A DNA stretch of 64,000 nt from NCBI GenBank assembly GCA_019322895.1, contig JAHWHZ010000003.1, positions 114,492 through 178,491 of the forward strand, read 5' to 3'. Shown in pieces: positions 45,876 to 53,800 of this stretch. Source of the DNA: Candidatus Woesearchaeota archaeon. Its GTDB lineage: Archaea > Nanobdellota > Nanobdellia > Woesearchaeales > ARS49. Under the pieces are notes generated by a model. The model did no database searches, was not told the origin of the DNA, and worked only from the letters and a program-made list of their open reading frames with translations. The stretch's first letter is position 1, and each line of letters opens with the position of its first letter. A program made the translations under genes and the position numbers.

Positions 45876-46556
45876 ATGAGTGAAGAAAAATTAGAAAATA
45901 TGATTCAAAATGGACGAGCAGTAATTGATGCTTCTCCTGATGGTTTTATTTGGTGTCCTTTAGATGATGGATTTATGTGTGACTTAGACAGAAGGGCAGA
46001 GTTAATAGAAAAATATAATTCTGGAGATACTGACGAGCTAAATAAAGAGCTGCTGCCTGGAGCAGTGTATGCAACCTTTGAAGAAATAGAAGGCGCAAGC
46101 AGGTCAAGCGGTGGAGTTGTCAAGATTGATCCTGTAACAGGCAAAATCGTAAGTCTTCATACCCAAGATGAAGGAACTCGAACATACTTGACAGCGGCTT
46201 TTGGAGGCCCGCATATTAACTTTTTTGCATTTAATGATAAAAAGCCAACAGAAAAACCAACAGTCACAATAAAGATTGAATACAACGCTAAAACCGGCAA
46301 ATGGAACTTTGAAGGGCCGCTTCTAAAAACACAAAAAAGCGACTTGATTAAGGGGTTCTTAAATATACATCCCTTTGCAAAAGATTCTGGGAAGACAAAT
46401 CAGCAGGACAAATATACTATCGAACTGAACTGGTACCACAAGACAGATCATGCTGAAATTGTCAGCGACAATACAGGAAATCCCCACTATAGAAATATCC
46501 TTTTAGAAGGCGCGTGGGCAGAATTAAGAAGCGCGGAATTAAAAGGTAAACTTTAG
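45876..46556 (+). CDS. hypothetical protein (226 aa)
   Basis: The Shine-Dalgarno GAGGGGTGG lies upstream. No motif recognised. Confidence 0.55.
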   Translation: MSEEKLENMIQNGRAVIDASPDGFIWCPLDDGFMCDLDRRAELIEKYNSGDTDELNKELLPGAVYATFEEIEGASRSSGGVVKIDPVTGKIVSLHTQDEGTRTYLTAAFGGPHINFFAFNDKKPTEKPTVTIKIEYNAKTGKWNFEGPLLKTQKSDLIKGFLNIHPFAKDSGKTNQQDKYTIELNWYHKTDHAEIVSDNTGNPHYRNILLEGAWAELRSAELKGKL

Positions 46557-46569
46557 GAGGAAAACCAAA

Positions 46570-47094
46570 ATGACTGAAGAAAAATTTATCCCAAAAAAAG
46601 ACTTTAAAGAAGATCTCACGCAAACTTACTTACTAGGTAAAGAGAACTTTCAAAATCCTGAAAGTCCTATTGTAAAACATGAAACCTTATGCAATAAATT
46701 GTTTGCAATGGAACTTGCACCTTCTATTGACATGTCAAACGTAAGAGCAGAAGACAGGCCTTATGTTCACGAGGTTGTGCAATACCTTAGACAGAATGGT
46801 TTAAGACCAGAACTAAAAGGCAGTGCGCTTATGGGAAACATGTATGGTGATATTGACATTCTTGCAACAGGAAGTCTTGAAGATCTAACAAACGTGACAC
46901 GGGCGCTTAATGGAGCACAAGATATTGCAAATCCATTCTACAGCACAGCTGCAGACGGTGAAGAGTATACTGTTGCGCATGAAGGCGAAAATGTTGCTTA
47001 CATGCACGAGAATCTTGCACAGCTGTTCAATATACTTGTCGGCGACACAAAAATTCATCTCGGCCTTAAAGGATCAGGCGTGATAGGAAGTTAA
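46570..47094 (+). CDS. Pol-beta-superfamily nucleotidyltransferase-fold protein
   Basis: KGSALMGNMYGDIDILATGS matches the GS-x(n)-DxD minimal NTase motif. AGGAGG Shine-Dalgarno upstream. Confidence 0.5.
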   Translation: MTEEKFIPKKDFKEDLTQTYLLGKENFQNPESPIVKHETLCNKLFAMELAPSIDMSNVRAEDRPYVHEVVQYLRQNGLRPELKGSALMGNMYGDIDILATGSLEDLTNVTRALNGAQDIANPFYSTAADGEEYTVAHEGENVAYMHENLAQLFNILVGDTKIHLGLKGSGVIGS

Positions 47095-47103
47095 TTTTTT
47101 TAT

Positions 47104-47199
47104 TTATTCTATTTTTGTCAGAATCTCAACTTTATCGTCTACAAGCAATGTATGTTCTGCCTGTGATACAATTCCTTTGTTTTTCTCGACCAAAGGAAA
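47104..47199 (-). repeat. relic A of the map 3' terminus
   Basis: In map sense it reads FPLVEKNKGIVSQAEHTLLVDDKVEILTKIE*. The native map end is FPPLPEKNKGIVSQAEHTLLIEDKVEILTKNTTFK*. Confidence 0.85.
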
Positions 47200-47201
47200 A
47201 A

Positions 47202-47243
47202 TTAATCACTATTAAGTGATTAGAAAACCGAAGATTTAAATAC
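47202..47243 (+). promoter_or_regulatory. perfect palindrome (ttaatcact atta agtgattaa-type) plus TATA box (atttaaatac)
   Basis: TAATCACT/AGTGATTA 8-bp arms. TATA about 25-35 nt upstream of the 47268 start. Confidence 0.55.
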
Positions 47244-47267
47244 TTTTGAATATTAACATGTAGCACC

Positions 47268-48038
47268 ATGAGCAAAGATGAATCTGCGGAATTTCAAACA
47301 AAGGAATTTCAAGAGGATGAATTTAGACAGGTAATTGAAAGGTCTAAAGAATTAATAGCCAGAGGGTATTTTACTGGAATAAATTTTCTGCAATCAGAGG
47401 AGCCTCTGCCGACAAATTCTATAATCGTACACTTTCTTCATGATAGCAAACAGCATTTGGATGAAATCATATCCACTGTGCCTGCTGCGCGTTTGGTAGT
47501 CCCTAGATTCACTTGCTATATGTTAGATCCTAAATATTTTCAAAAGCCCAATTTTGCTGAAGAATACAAAGATGCGGTTTTTTTCGATTCTAATTTCAAG
47601 ATAATTACAGTTGAGGATGCGATTGCAAACCCTTTGGGTACGACAGTACTCAATAGAGAGTTGGATTTAATAGTCCCTCTTCACGACAGTAAAGATTTAT
47701 ACGATACTGTGCATGCTTTGCAAGAGGCAGACGAAGAAGGCCCGTATCAATGGATAGATCCAGTTCTTATTGTAAAAACAAAAACGCCCGTTACTGCTCT
47801 AGAAGGTTTTGTTGACAAACAGTACGTTAGTATCGCAAAAGAAAGAGAAGAGTTTTATTCAATCTTAACCGACGAGGAAAGAACAGATGCCCTATCAAAA
47901 TATTTAGATAAATTATGTGCTGCCACAAAAATAGGGACATTACAAAGAAGCGATATTGTTTTCAATACAAGTCAGGTAAACGAAAAGTTTGCAGACTTTC
48001 TAGTTAATATTCAGAACCAGCTTCAAATCTTTGAATAG
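47268..48038 (+). CDS. hypothetical protein (256 aa)
   Basis: Track ORF with no motif recognised. Confidence 0.55.
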   Translation: MSKDESAEFQTKEFQEDEFRQVIERSKELIARGYFTGINFLQSEEPLPTNSIIVHFLHDSKQHLDEIISTVPAARLVVPRFTCYMLDPKYFQKPNFAEEYKDAVFFDSNFKIITVEDAIANPLGTTVLNRELDLIVPLHDSKDLYDTVHALQEADEEGPYQWIDPVLIVKTKTPVTALEGFVDKQYVSIAKEREEFYSILTDEERTDALSKYLDKLCAATKIGTLQRSDIVFNTSQVNEKFADFLVNIQNQLQIFE

Positions 48039-48321
48039 TTTCTCTCAACTTTTGTTTAGAATAAACATCAGTAAGTTTTTGAGGTCCTCCGCCACGCACT
48101 CCTTTTTCAAACGCCTCTTGTAATGGATTAGAAATACCGTTTTTATGTATGCGGTACTTATATTCTATTTCTCCCCAGCCATATCGCCATTCACTAATAC
48201 ATCCGTCATTGGGCAATTCTGCAAGAACTTCAATTAATTTTGGTAGATTCTCCTGACTAATACAGTCTAAACCTTCTATTTCTGGATCTTCTGATGCTTT
48301 TCTTAGTGTTTCTACTAACAT
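48004..48321 (-). CDS. hypothetical protein (105 aa), convergent and overlapping 47268..48038 by 35 nt
   Basis: Track ORF with no motif recognised. Confidence 0.4.
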   Translation of the reverse strand: MLVETLRKASEDPEIEGLDCISQENLPKLIEVLAELPNDGCISEWRYGWGEIEYKYRIHKNGISNPLQEAFEKGVRGGGPQKLTDVYSKQKLRETIQRFEAGSEY

Positions 48322-48393
48322 TTTCCTATGTGTTATATGCCTCCAGAAGTATATAAATCTTTTGAAATAAATCTGGCAACATGCGTAAAATAA

Positions 48394-48473
48394 CTAATTC
48401 TTAGTCAGAATCTCAACTTTATCATCTACAAGCAAAGTATGCTCTGCCTGAGAGACAATTCCTTTGTTTTTTT
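48394..48473 (-). repeat. relic B of the map 3' terminus
   Basis: In map sense it reads QKNKGIVSQAEHTLLVDDKVEILTKN*. Confidence 0.85.
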
Positions 48474-48485
48474 GTTAAACAACAA

Positions 48486-48537
48486 TTAATTACTATTTAG
48501 TAGTTATAAACCAGAAGATTTAAATATCCTGCTAATT
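48486..48537 (+). promoter_or_regulatory. near-palindrome (ttaattactatttagtagttataa) plus TATA box (atttaaatat)
   Basis: Same layout and position relative to the relic as at 47202. Confidence 0.5.
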
Positions 48538-48549
48538 TAGAAATACTCA

Positions 48550-49407
48550 ATGATACTTATCCATGATTTGACAGGGATTTGTGAAGATAAGAGAAAAGAA
48601 GTGATTGCCTGCTTAGACGAATTATTGACATATAGAGATTCAGATGGTTTGTTAGTTCCGGTGATTTCTGGATACAATTGGTACGCAAAATTAACAAAAT
48701 CTGACCGCGTAATTACTTTCTCTAATATTCATGAAACAGAATCCTACAAAGAAGATATGTTAAGAGATTTAGAAGAATTAGGATATGACCATAAAGATAT
48801 ACTAAATCAAATAAGGGAAAAAGCAGGTGCGTTCATACATGACCTTGAATTCAGACTAAGAGATGATGACGGCAATCTGCTCCCTGGATTGAGAATAAAA
48901 GACACTCGAACAGGAAAATACATTGACTTGGAGAACTACCAAGATGCCTTGATAAATTACCAAGAATTTACTGATGCAGAAGGTTGTTTGATTGATGAAG
49001 ACCAAGGGTGGGAGTTAGATATGCCATTTAAAGGGGAGCGAGAATTAATGAGTCTTGTGAATCTCTTTCTAAAAAAATCCGGAAAGCATATTTATGATGT
49101 AAGAGGCAACATAATCAAAGAAACAGACGAAGAACAAGACGCGCGAGCTCCTTGGTCTGATGCATACAAAGTTCCTGTTTTGCTCTTAGGCGAAACCGCT
49201 TTGCGTTATGCAGATAAATTGCCTCAGTTTGTTCCAGTAACTAAATTTGCACTAAAAGAAAACAACAACGAAATAAGTTTCATAATCCATAACAACATAA
49301 AATATTTAAAAAGCTTGAATCAATATACTCAATTACTTAGATTTGGATTTGCTGAAGAAGAATGTCTGGGGAATAAACCGTTCATAAGGTATGTTGACGA
49401 AATATAA
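48550..49407 (+). CDS. hypothetical protein (285 aa)
   Basis: Track ORF with no motif recognised. Confidence 0.55.
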   Translation: MILIHDLTGICEDKRKEVIACLDELLTYRDSDGLLVPVISGYNWYAKLTKSDRVITFSNIHETESYKEDMLRDLEELGYDHKDILNQIREKAGAFIHDLEFRLRDDDGNLLPGLRIKDTRTGKYIDLENYQDALINYQEFTDAEGCLIDEDQGWELDMPFKGERELMSLVNLFLKKSGKHIYDVRGNIIKETDEEQDARAPWSDAYKVPVLLLGETALRYADKLPQFVPVTKFALKENNNEISFIIHNNIKYLKSLNQYTQLLRFGFAEEECLGNKPFIRYVDEI

Positions 49408-49454
49408 ACAAATAAGTCGATACCTTTAAATAGTTAAATAACTATGTAATAACC

Positions 49455-49736
49455 ATGCCAACAGAAACAATCGTAAAAGATCCTAAGCGAATGACCCTTT
49501 CTGAAATAAAGCAGACACTAACAAATATTATCGCTTATGAGCAAGAAACAAGAGAGTCTTGGGTAGTCCTTAAAATGCAAAACAGGCAATTAGGCGCGAT
49601 TCACTATGTAACATCACAAAAAGAAGCAGAAAAAGAGATTAATGCACCAGTATCCAGCAATCCAAGAACGTGTGAATGGGGCTTAAAATTTTATTCTCGT
49701 TCTGATTTAGAGCAATTAAAAGAAAAATATAGTTAA
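49455..49736 (+). CDS. hypothetical protein (93 aa)
   Basis: The TATA-like cctttaaatag and the palindrome atagttaaataactat lie just upstream. Confidence 0.5.
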   Translation: MPTETIVKDPKRMTLSEIKQTLTNIIAYEQETRESWVVLKMQNRQLGAIHYVTSQKEAEKEINAPVSSNPRTCEWGLKFYSRSDLEQLKEKYS

Positions 49737-49767
49737 ATAAGAAAAACAAAATTATATTCTTGGATTT

Positions 49768-49823
49768 TTAATTCTTAGTCAAAATCTCAACTTTATCATC
49801 TATACGCAATATGCACTCTGCCT
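49768..49823 (-). repeat. relic C of the map 3' terminus (more diverged, truncated)
   Basis: In map sense it reads AECILRIDDKVEILTKN*. Similarity ends exactly at the stop codon of the HEPN gene. Confidence 0.7.
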
Positions 49824-50246
49824 TTACTCCTCGACTAATGACATTAAGAACTGGATAATCTTCATTATTTCTTCCTTGTTTTTCTCATAAAAAGAGATAT
49901 CAACTGCTTCACCGTAATAATTTAGCCTGTTCCTTAAGTAACTCATTTCTGAAATCAAATTAGCTTCAAACTCGCGGTCTGAATGCTTTCGGTAAAAATA
50001 AGAGATGAGGCATTGATGATTCTTTGATTTCAAACCGTGTTTTAGCAATAATGCCACAAGCAATTCCTTGATAATCTCATAATAACCCTCAATGATAAAA
50101 GAAACATTGTCTTTATTAACTTGCTGGCTGTCAATAAATTTTCTTCTTTTACTGACTGTATCGAGTATGGAATTGATCTTTTCCTTGTCAGGAGTCACGG
50201 TTCTGATAAATTGCCGCTTGCATTCGCCCCAATCCATCAAATTCAT
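49824..50246 (-). CDS. HEPN-domain protein (partner of the MNT nucleotidyltransferase)
   Basis: 140 aa, all-helical. The MSYLRNRLNYYGE region resembles the RNxxxY/H HEPN motif. 4-nt overlap with the upstream NTase gene. Confidence 0.6.
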   Translation of the reverse strand: MNLMDWGECKRQFIRTVTPDKEKINSILDTVSKRRKFIDSQQVNKDNVSFIIEGYYEIIKELLVALLLKHGLKSKNHQCLISYFYRKHSDREFEANLISEMSYLRNRLNYYGEAVDISFYEKNKEEIMKIIQFLMSLVEE

Positions 50247-50749
50247 CTTATTTTAAAAAACCCCTCAATCTTGATCCCGTTAACCACGTTATTAAATAAG
50301 TTGTCTGGCAAATCATTGATATCCCGCTCAGCAAAAAGCTGGATTTTGTGGCCTAGTATCTTCTCAAATTGGGCCAGGTCCAAATCCTGCTTCTTTAAGG
50401 CTTCAACAAACAAGTCAATATCACTTTCTTTAGCTGATTCGCCTTTCCTGAAACTGCCAAAAAGAATTATGCACGCAGGCCTTAACTGCTCAGCAAGATA
50501 TGCTATCAAGCCGCTTTCAAATAACTCCTTGATATAAAAAAAGGTCTTTTCTGTCTTAAACAAAGCAGTATTGGCTGCCTTGTTTTCTTTAGTCACCCTC
50601 CTGCTCTTTTTAAGCTCTCTTAGATACTTGTGAACAGTTGATTTTGGAATCCTTGTCTTTTTGGCTAGTTCCCGGACTGTAAACCGCTTCTCAGGATACT
50701 CGTAAAAAATCCTCAGAATTTTGTCCAGATTATTGTACTTTAGTCCCAT
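50243..50749 (-). CDS. wHTH-fused minimal nucleotidyltransferase (MNT)
   Basis: N-terminal wHTH (FTVRELAKKTRIPKSTVHKYLRELKK), then the canonical IILFGSFRKGESAKESDIDLFV NTase motif. Confidence 0.8.
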   Translation of the reverse strand: MGLKYNNLDKILRIFYEYPEKRFTVRELAKKTRIPKSTVHKYLRELKKSRRVTKENKAANTALFKTEKTFFYIKELFESGLIAYLAEQLRPACIILFGSFRKGESAKESDIDLFVEALKKQDLDLAQFEKILGHKIQLFAERDINDLPDNLFNNVVNGIKIEGFFKIR

Positions 50750-50781
50750 TTTATGTCCTTAAGTCCCAATAAATGGACTAA

Positions 50782-51711
50782 CTATTTAAATGTTGTGTTC
50801 TTGGTCAGAATCTCAACTTTATCCTCTATCAGCAAAGTATGCTCTGCCTGTGAGACAATTCCTTTGTTTTTCTCTGGCAGTGGAGGAAACTGCTTTATTA
50901 TGTCGTTTTTCAGAAGTTCTCTTAAAGCAAAATTAGTCTTTCCTAAGCCGAATTTTCTTGAAAGCCATCTTGTTGTAAATGGCAAAGTTTTGTAGTTCTC
51001 TGCAACAAATTTCAGGATTTCCCGTGCAAAAGGGCTGCGGACAGGCTTTGGATTTGTGAGCATAAAGATGTTTGCTCTTTCTTTTTCATATATCATTCCT
51101 GCCCCGTTTGTTGCAAACGGCTCTATTGCGATTATCATACCTTTTTTTAATTCTGTCTTGTCTCCTGTGTCAAAATTAGGTATTGTTGGTTTTGTGTGGA
51201 TGTCATAATAATCCAGCCCATGGCCAGATAAGTTTTTTACAGGCGAGAATCCATAGCTTGATATTGTCTCTTGTATTGTCTTGCCTATCTCTCCCAAGGA
51301 AGTTCCTATCTGGACTATCTTTATTGCATTGTTCAATGCCTCTCTTGATGCTTTCACTAATTCACTCCATTTTCCGCTTAAGTCAACTGTCAGTGCATTG
51401 TCGCCAATAGCGCCACTGACATGAACACCAACATCCAAGCAGGCCACCTGGTTCTCAAAGATGGTCTTGTCATCTGGGTCTGCGCAGTAATGTGCAGCGA
51501 TATTATCGCAGCTTATCTGCGCTGGAAAAGCAATCTGCCCTCCTAAGTCAATTATTTTTTTCTCTATCATGTCAGAGACTTCAAGCAAAGAAGCTCCTTT
51601 CTTGATTAATCCGCCGCCATATTCAAGGGCTTGCGCTGCTATTTTTCCTGCTTTTCTCCAGTGCTCTAAATCCTCTGGAGTTAGGCCGTCTAAGACACTT
51701 TTCTCTTCCAT
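50782..51711 (-). CDS. map: type 2 (archaeal/eukaryotic-like) methionine aminopeptidase
   Basis: IAAHYCADPDD, LDVGVHVSGAIGD, NLSGHGL, IIAIEPFAT and SQAEHTLLI supply the five metal-ligand regions in the expected order. Confidence 0.92.
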   Translation of the reverse strand: MEEKSVLDGLTPEDLEHWRKAGKIAAQALEYGGGLIKKGASLLEVSDMIEKKIIDLGGQIAFPAQISCDNIAAHYCADPDDKTIFENQVACLDVGVHVSGAIGDNALTVDLSGKWSELVKASREALNNAIKIVQIGTSLGEIGKTIQETISSYGFSPVKNLSGHGLDYYDIHTKPTIPNFDTGDKTELKKGMIIAIEPFATNGAGMIYEKERANIFMLTNPKPVRSPFAREILKFVAENYKTLPFTTRWLSRKFGLGKTNFALRELLKNDIIKQFPPLPEKNKGIVSQAEHTLLIEDKVEILTKNTTFK

Positions 51712-51735
51712 GAAAAACGAGAAGAATTAAGACAT

Positions 51736-52362
51736 TTATAATTGTTTGGGTATCAGGCTTTCTTTAAGCTGATCTAGCTGTTCTTTGACTGATGCAAACT
51801 CGTTCTTGCGCCTGTCTATCTCATTCTCAAAAGCATACATCTTGTCAAGCGTTCCTTTTGTGTCAAGTATCTTCTTGTCTGCTGCTTTGCCTGCCGCAAT
51901 ATCCAGCCGGTCTATGCTTTCTTTTATCTTGTCAATCAGCTCAAGTATCTCATTTATAGACTCGCGCGCAAGGTCAAGCTTGTCAATTTCCTTGTGCTCA
52001 AGCGCTTCCATAAGCGGTCTGGACGCCTCAAGTTTCTGCACGACATCAGCCATCAGGATCAGTGTCTTGAATTCTACTGAAAGAAATTCATAATCGCTTT
52101 TCACCCTGCTGATTGTCTCAGGGTCTTCTTCTCTCTCTTCTGCCTTGTTTATCCATTTGTTTATCTTTTCAAGAGACTCGTTTGCAGATATGACCCTGTG
52201 CTTGAACCCGTCAAAGTTCTGCACACTGGCAAGGCCTTCAAGCTGACTCAGCTCGCCTGCCATGTTGTCCATTTCCTGCAATACCTGATCAAGCTCATTT
52301 TCCTGCAGAGTGCATCCTGCAGTCAGAACAAGTGCAATGAATAAAATCAAAATCTTTTTCAT
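51736..52362 (-). CDS. coiled-coil lipoprotein
   Basis: Signal peptide with lipobox LTAGC, followed by heptad-rich acidic sequence. Confidence 0.6.
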   Translation of the reverse strand: MKKILILFIALVLTAGCTLQENELDQVLQEMDNMAGELSQLEGLASVQNFDGFKHRVISANESLEKINKWINKAEEREEDPETISRVKSDYEFLSVEFKTLILMADVVQKLEASRPLMEALEHKEIDKLDLARESINEILELIDKIKESIDRLDIAAGKAADKKILDTKGTLDKMYAFENEIDRRKNEFASVKEQLDQLKESLIPKQL

Positions 52363-52411
52363 ACTGACTGATAAACAAGAGGAATATAAAAAAGTTCTGT
52401 TATTAACCGCG

Positions 52412-52870
52412 TCAGCACATCATAGGATGATCTTCCAGCAATATTCCTGGCTCATCATAGACAACACTGATGCATACTTCAAATATTTCTTCGCCAGTTC
52501 TTTCGTCTACTGAGTCAAATACAATTGCTTCTATGCTGTCTTCGCTTGTGTACTTTCCTGAGAAAAAGTTTTTTGCAAGGCCTGGAAGTATATTTTCGCA
52601 TATATCTCTGCTGTCTTTTGCGCCTTTGCAATTCAATCTCCTAACATAAGCTTTAGGTATCTTTAAAGTAAAGTTAAATCCTAGAGGATAATCTGCGTCT
52701 GTTGTTTTCCAGCCTCTTCGTGCTCTGTTTGTGTCTTCTTCTTTTGTGTCAAAAGGCTTGAAAACAGCATTTTGAGCTATTAAATTATCATATCCTTTCT
52801 CTAGAACAAGCATGTCTAGAAAATATTCTTTTTCTTTCTCAAGGAATTCATGGTAATATTCGTCTTCCAT
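52412..52870 (-). CDS. hypothetical protein (152 aa)
   Basis: Track ORF with no motif recognised. Confidence 0.5.
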   Translation of the reverse strand: MEDEYYHEFLEKEKEYFLDMLVLEKGYDNLIAQNAVFKPFDTKEEDTNRARRGWKTTDADYPLGFNFTLKIPKAYVRRLNCKGAKDSRDICENILPGLAKNFFSGKYTSEDSIEAIVFDSVDERTGEEIFEVCISVVYDEPGILLEDHPMMC

Positions 52871-52929
52871 CTTAGTTACCTTTGGTTCTCAAATTATTTA
52901 TATATTCTGACATAAATAAAAATAAAATT

Positions 52930-53619
52930 TTAGTAGACTAAAGCTACTATTTTTCTTTGGATCTGGTCAAATCTTATTCTTCCAGGGTCTGGAACTGGAT
53001 TGTTGTCGCCTTGGAAGATAGCATACCAGCCGTCCTCGTCTTGTCCGACTTCCTTGACTCTGTGGATTATGCTTCCATACGCTGTCTTGTATGAAACCAT
53101 GTCACCGACCTGGACATCAGTTGTTCTCTGTGGAACAACCTCGATCGCGTTGTGTTTTGCGTCAAACACAGGGTCCATAGAGTTTGTGTCAGCAAAAGCA
53201 GCCAAGATAGGCTGACTGACATCTATAACAACTTTGTCTGGGTAGACGTGAATCTGATATTCTTTGATATAGTCTCCAGGAGAGTCCCTCTCAGGAATCA
53301 ATTCTGGAAATCTGCTGTATTCTGGACCAAATATGCTAAAGTCAATGTTCTGAACCTCTTCCATGGTTATCTCCCTGTAGTCAGGGATTGTTGCTGGTTC
53401 AGGTTCAGGGCATACTGGAACTTCTGGGCATACCTGTTCTTCTGTATCTTCAAAAGTCTTTACTGGTTCAAGGTCTGCACTGTCTATTGGCACAGCTACT
53501 GGAACTGTATCTTGAGTATCATTAACTGAAGTCAAGTTAGCTCCGATTGCTCCGGCTGCAGCGCCTATCGCGAATACAACCATAAGCATCACTGCGAACA
53601 GTTTTTTTTTCAGTTTCAT
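52930..53619 (-). CDS. signal peptidase I (S26, archaeal/SEC11-like) with long acidic linker
   Basis: The start MKLKKKLFAVMLMVV follows a GAGGGGTGG Shine-Dalgarno. Catalytic-type motifs: DTNSMDPVF (SMxP), IIHRV and GDNNPVPD. Confidence 0.65.
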   Translation of the reverse strand: MKLKKKLFAVMLMVVFAIGAAAGAIGANLTSVNDTQDTVPVAVPIDSADLEPVKTFEDTEEQVCPEVPVCPEPEPATIPDYREITMEEVQNIDFSIFGPEYSRFPELIPERDSPGDYIKEYQIHVYPDKVVIDVSQPILAAFADTNSMDPVFDAKHNAIEVVPQRTTDVQVGDMVSYKTAYGSIIHRVKEVGQDEDGWYAIFQGDNNPVPDPGRIRFDQIQRKIVALVY

Positions 53620-53800
53620 TTTAGTGTACCACCCCTCAGTAATCACTGTTATTACTGAATATGCATGTTCTAGTATATAAATGTTTCTATTTTTGCTACT
53701 AAGAAATAGTAAAAACCACCTAAAACGCCTGAAACCAATTTCTCTAATATAAAAAATAATATCCTTCTAATATTTTTCTATATAAAAAAGAAATCAATAT

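Noticed and set aside
43771-50749. Search for an integrase, transposase or Rep protein that could explain the cassette ladder
   Set aside because: None of the island ORFs shows R..HxxR..Y tyrosine-recombinase, serine-recombinase, DDE or HUH patterns by eye. Absence cannot be proven without profile searches, so this is reported as an open question rather than a feature.
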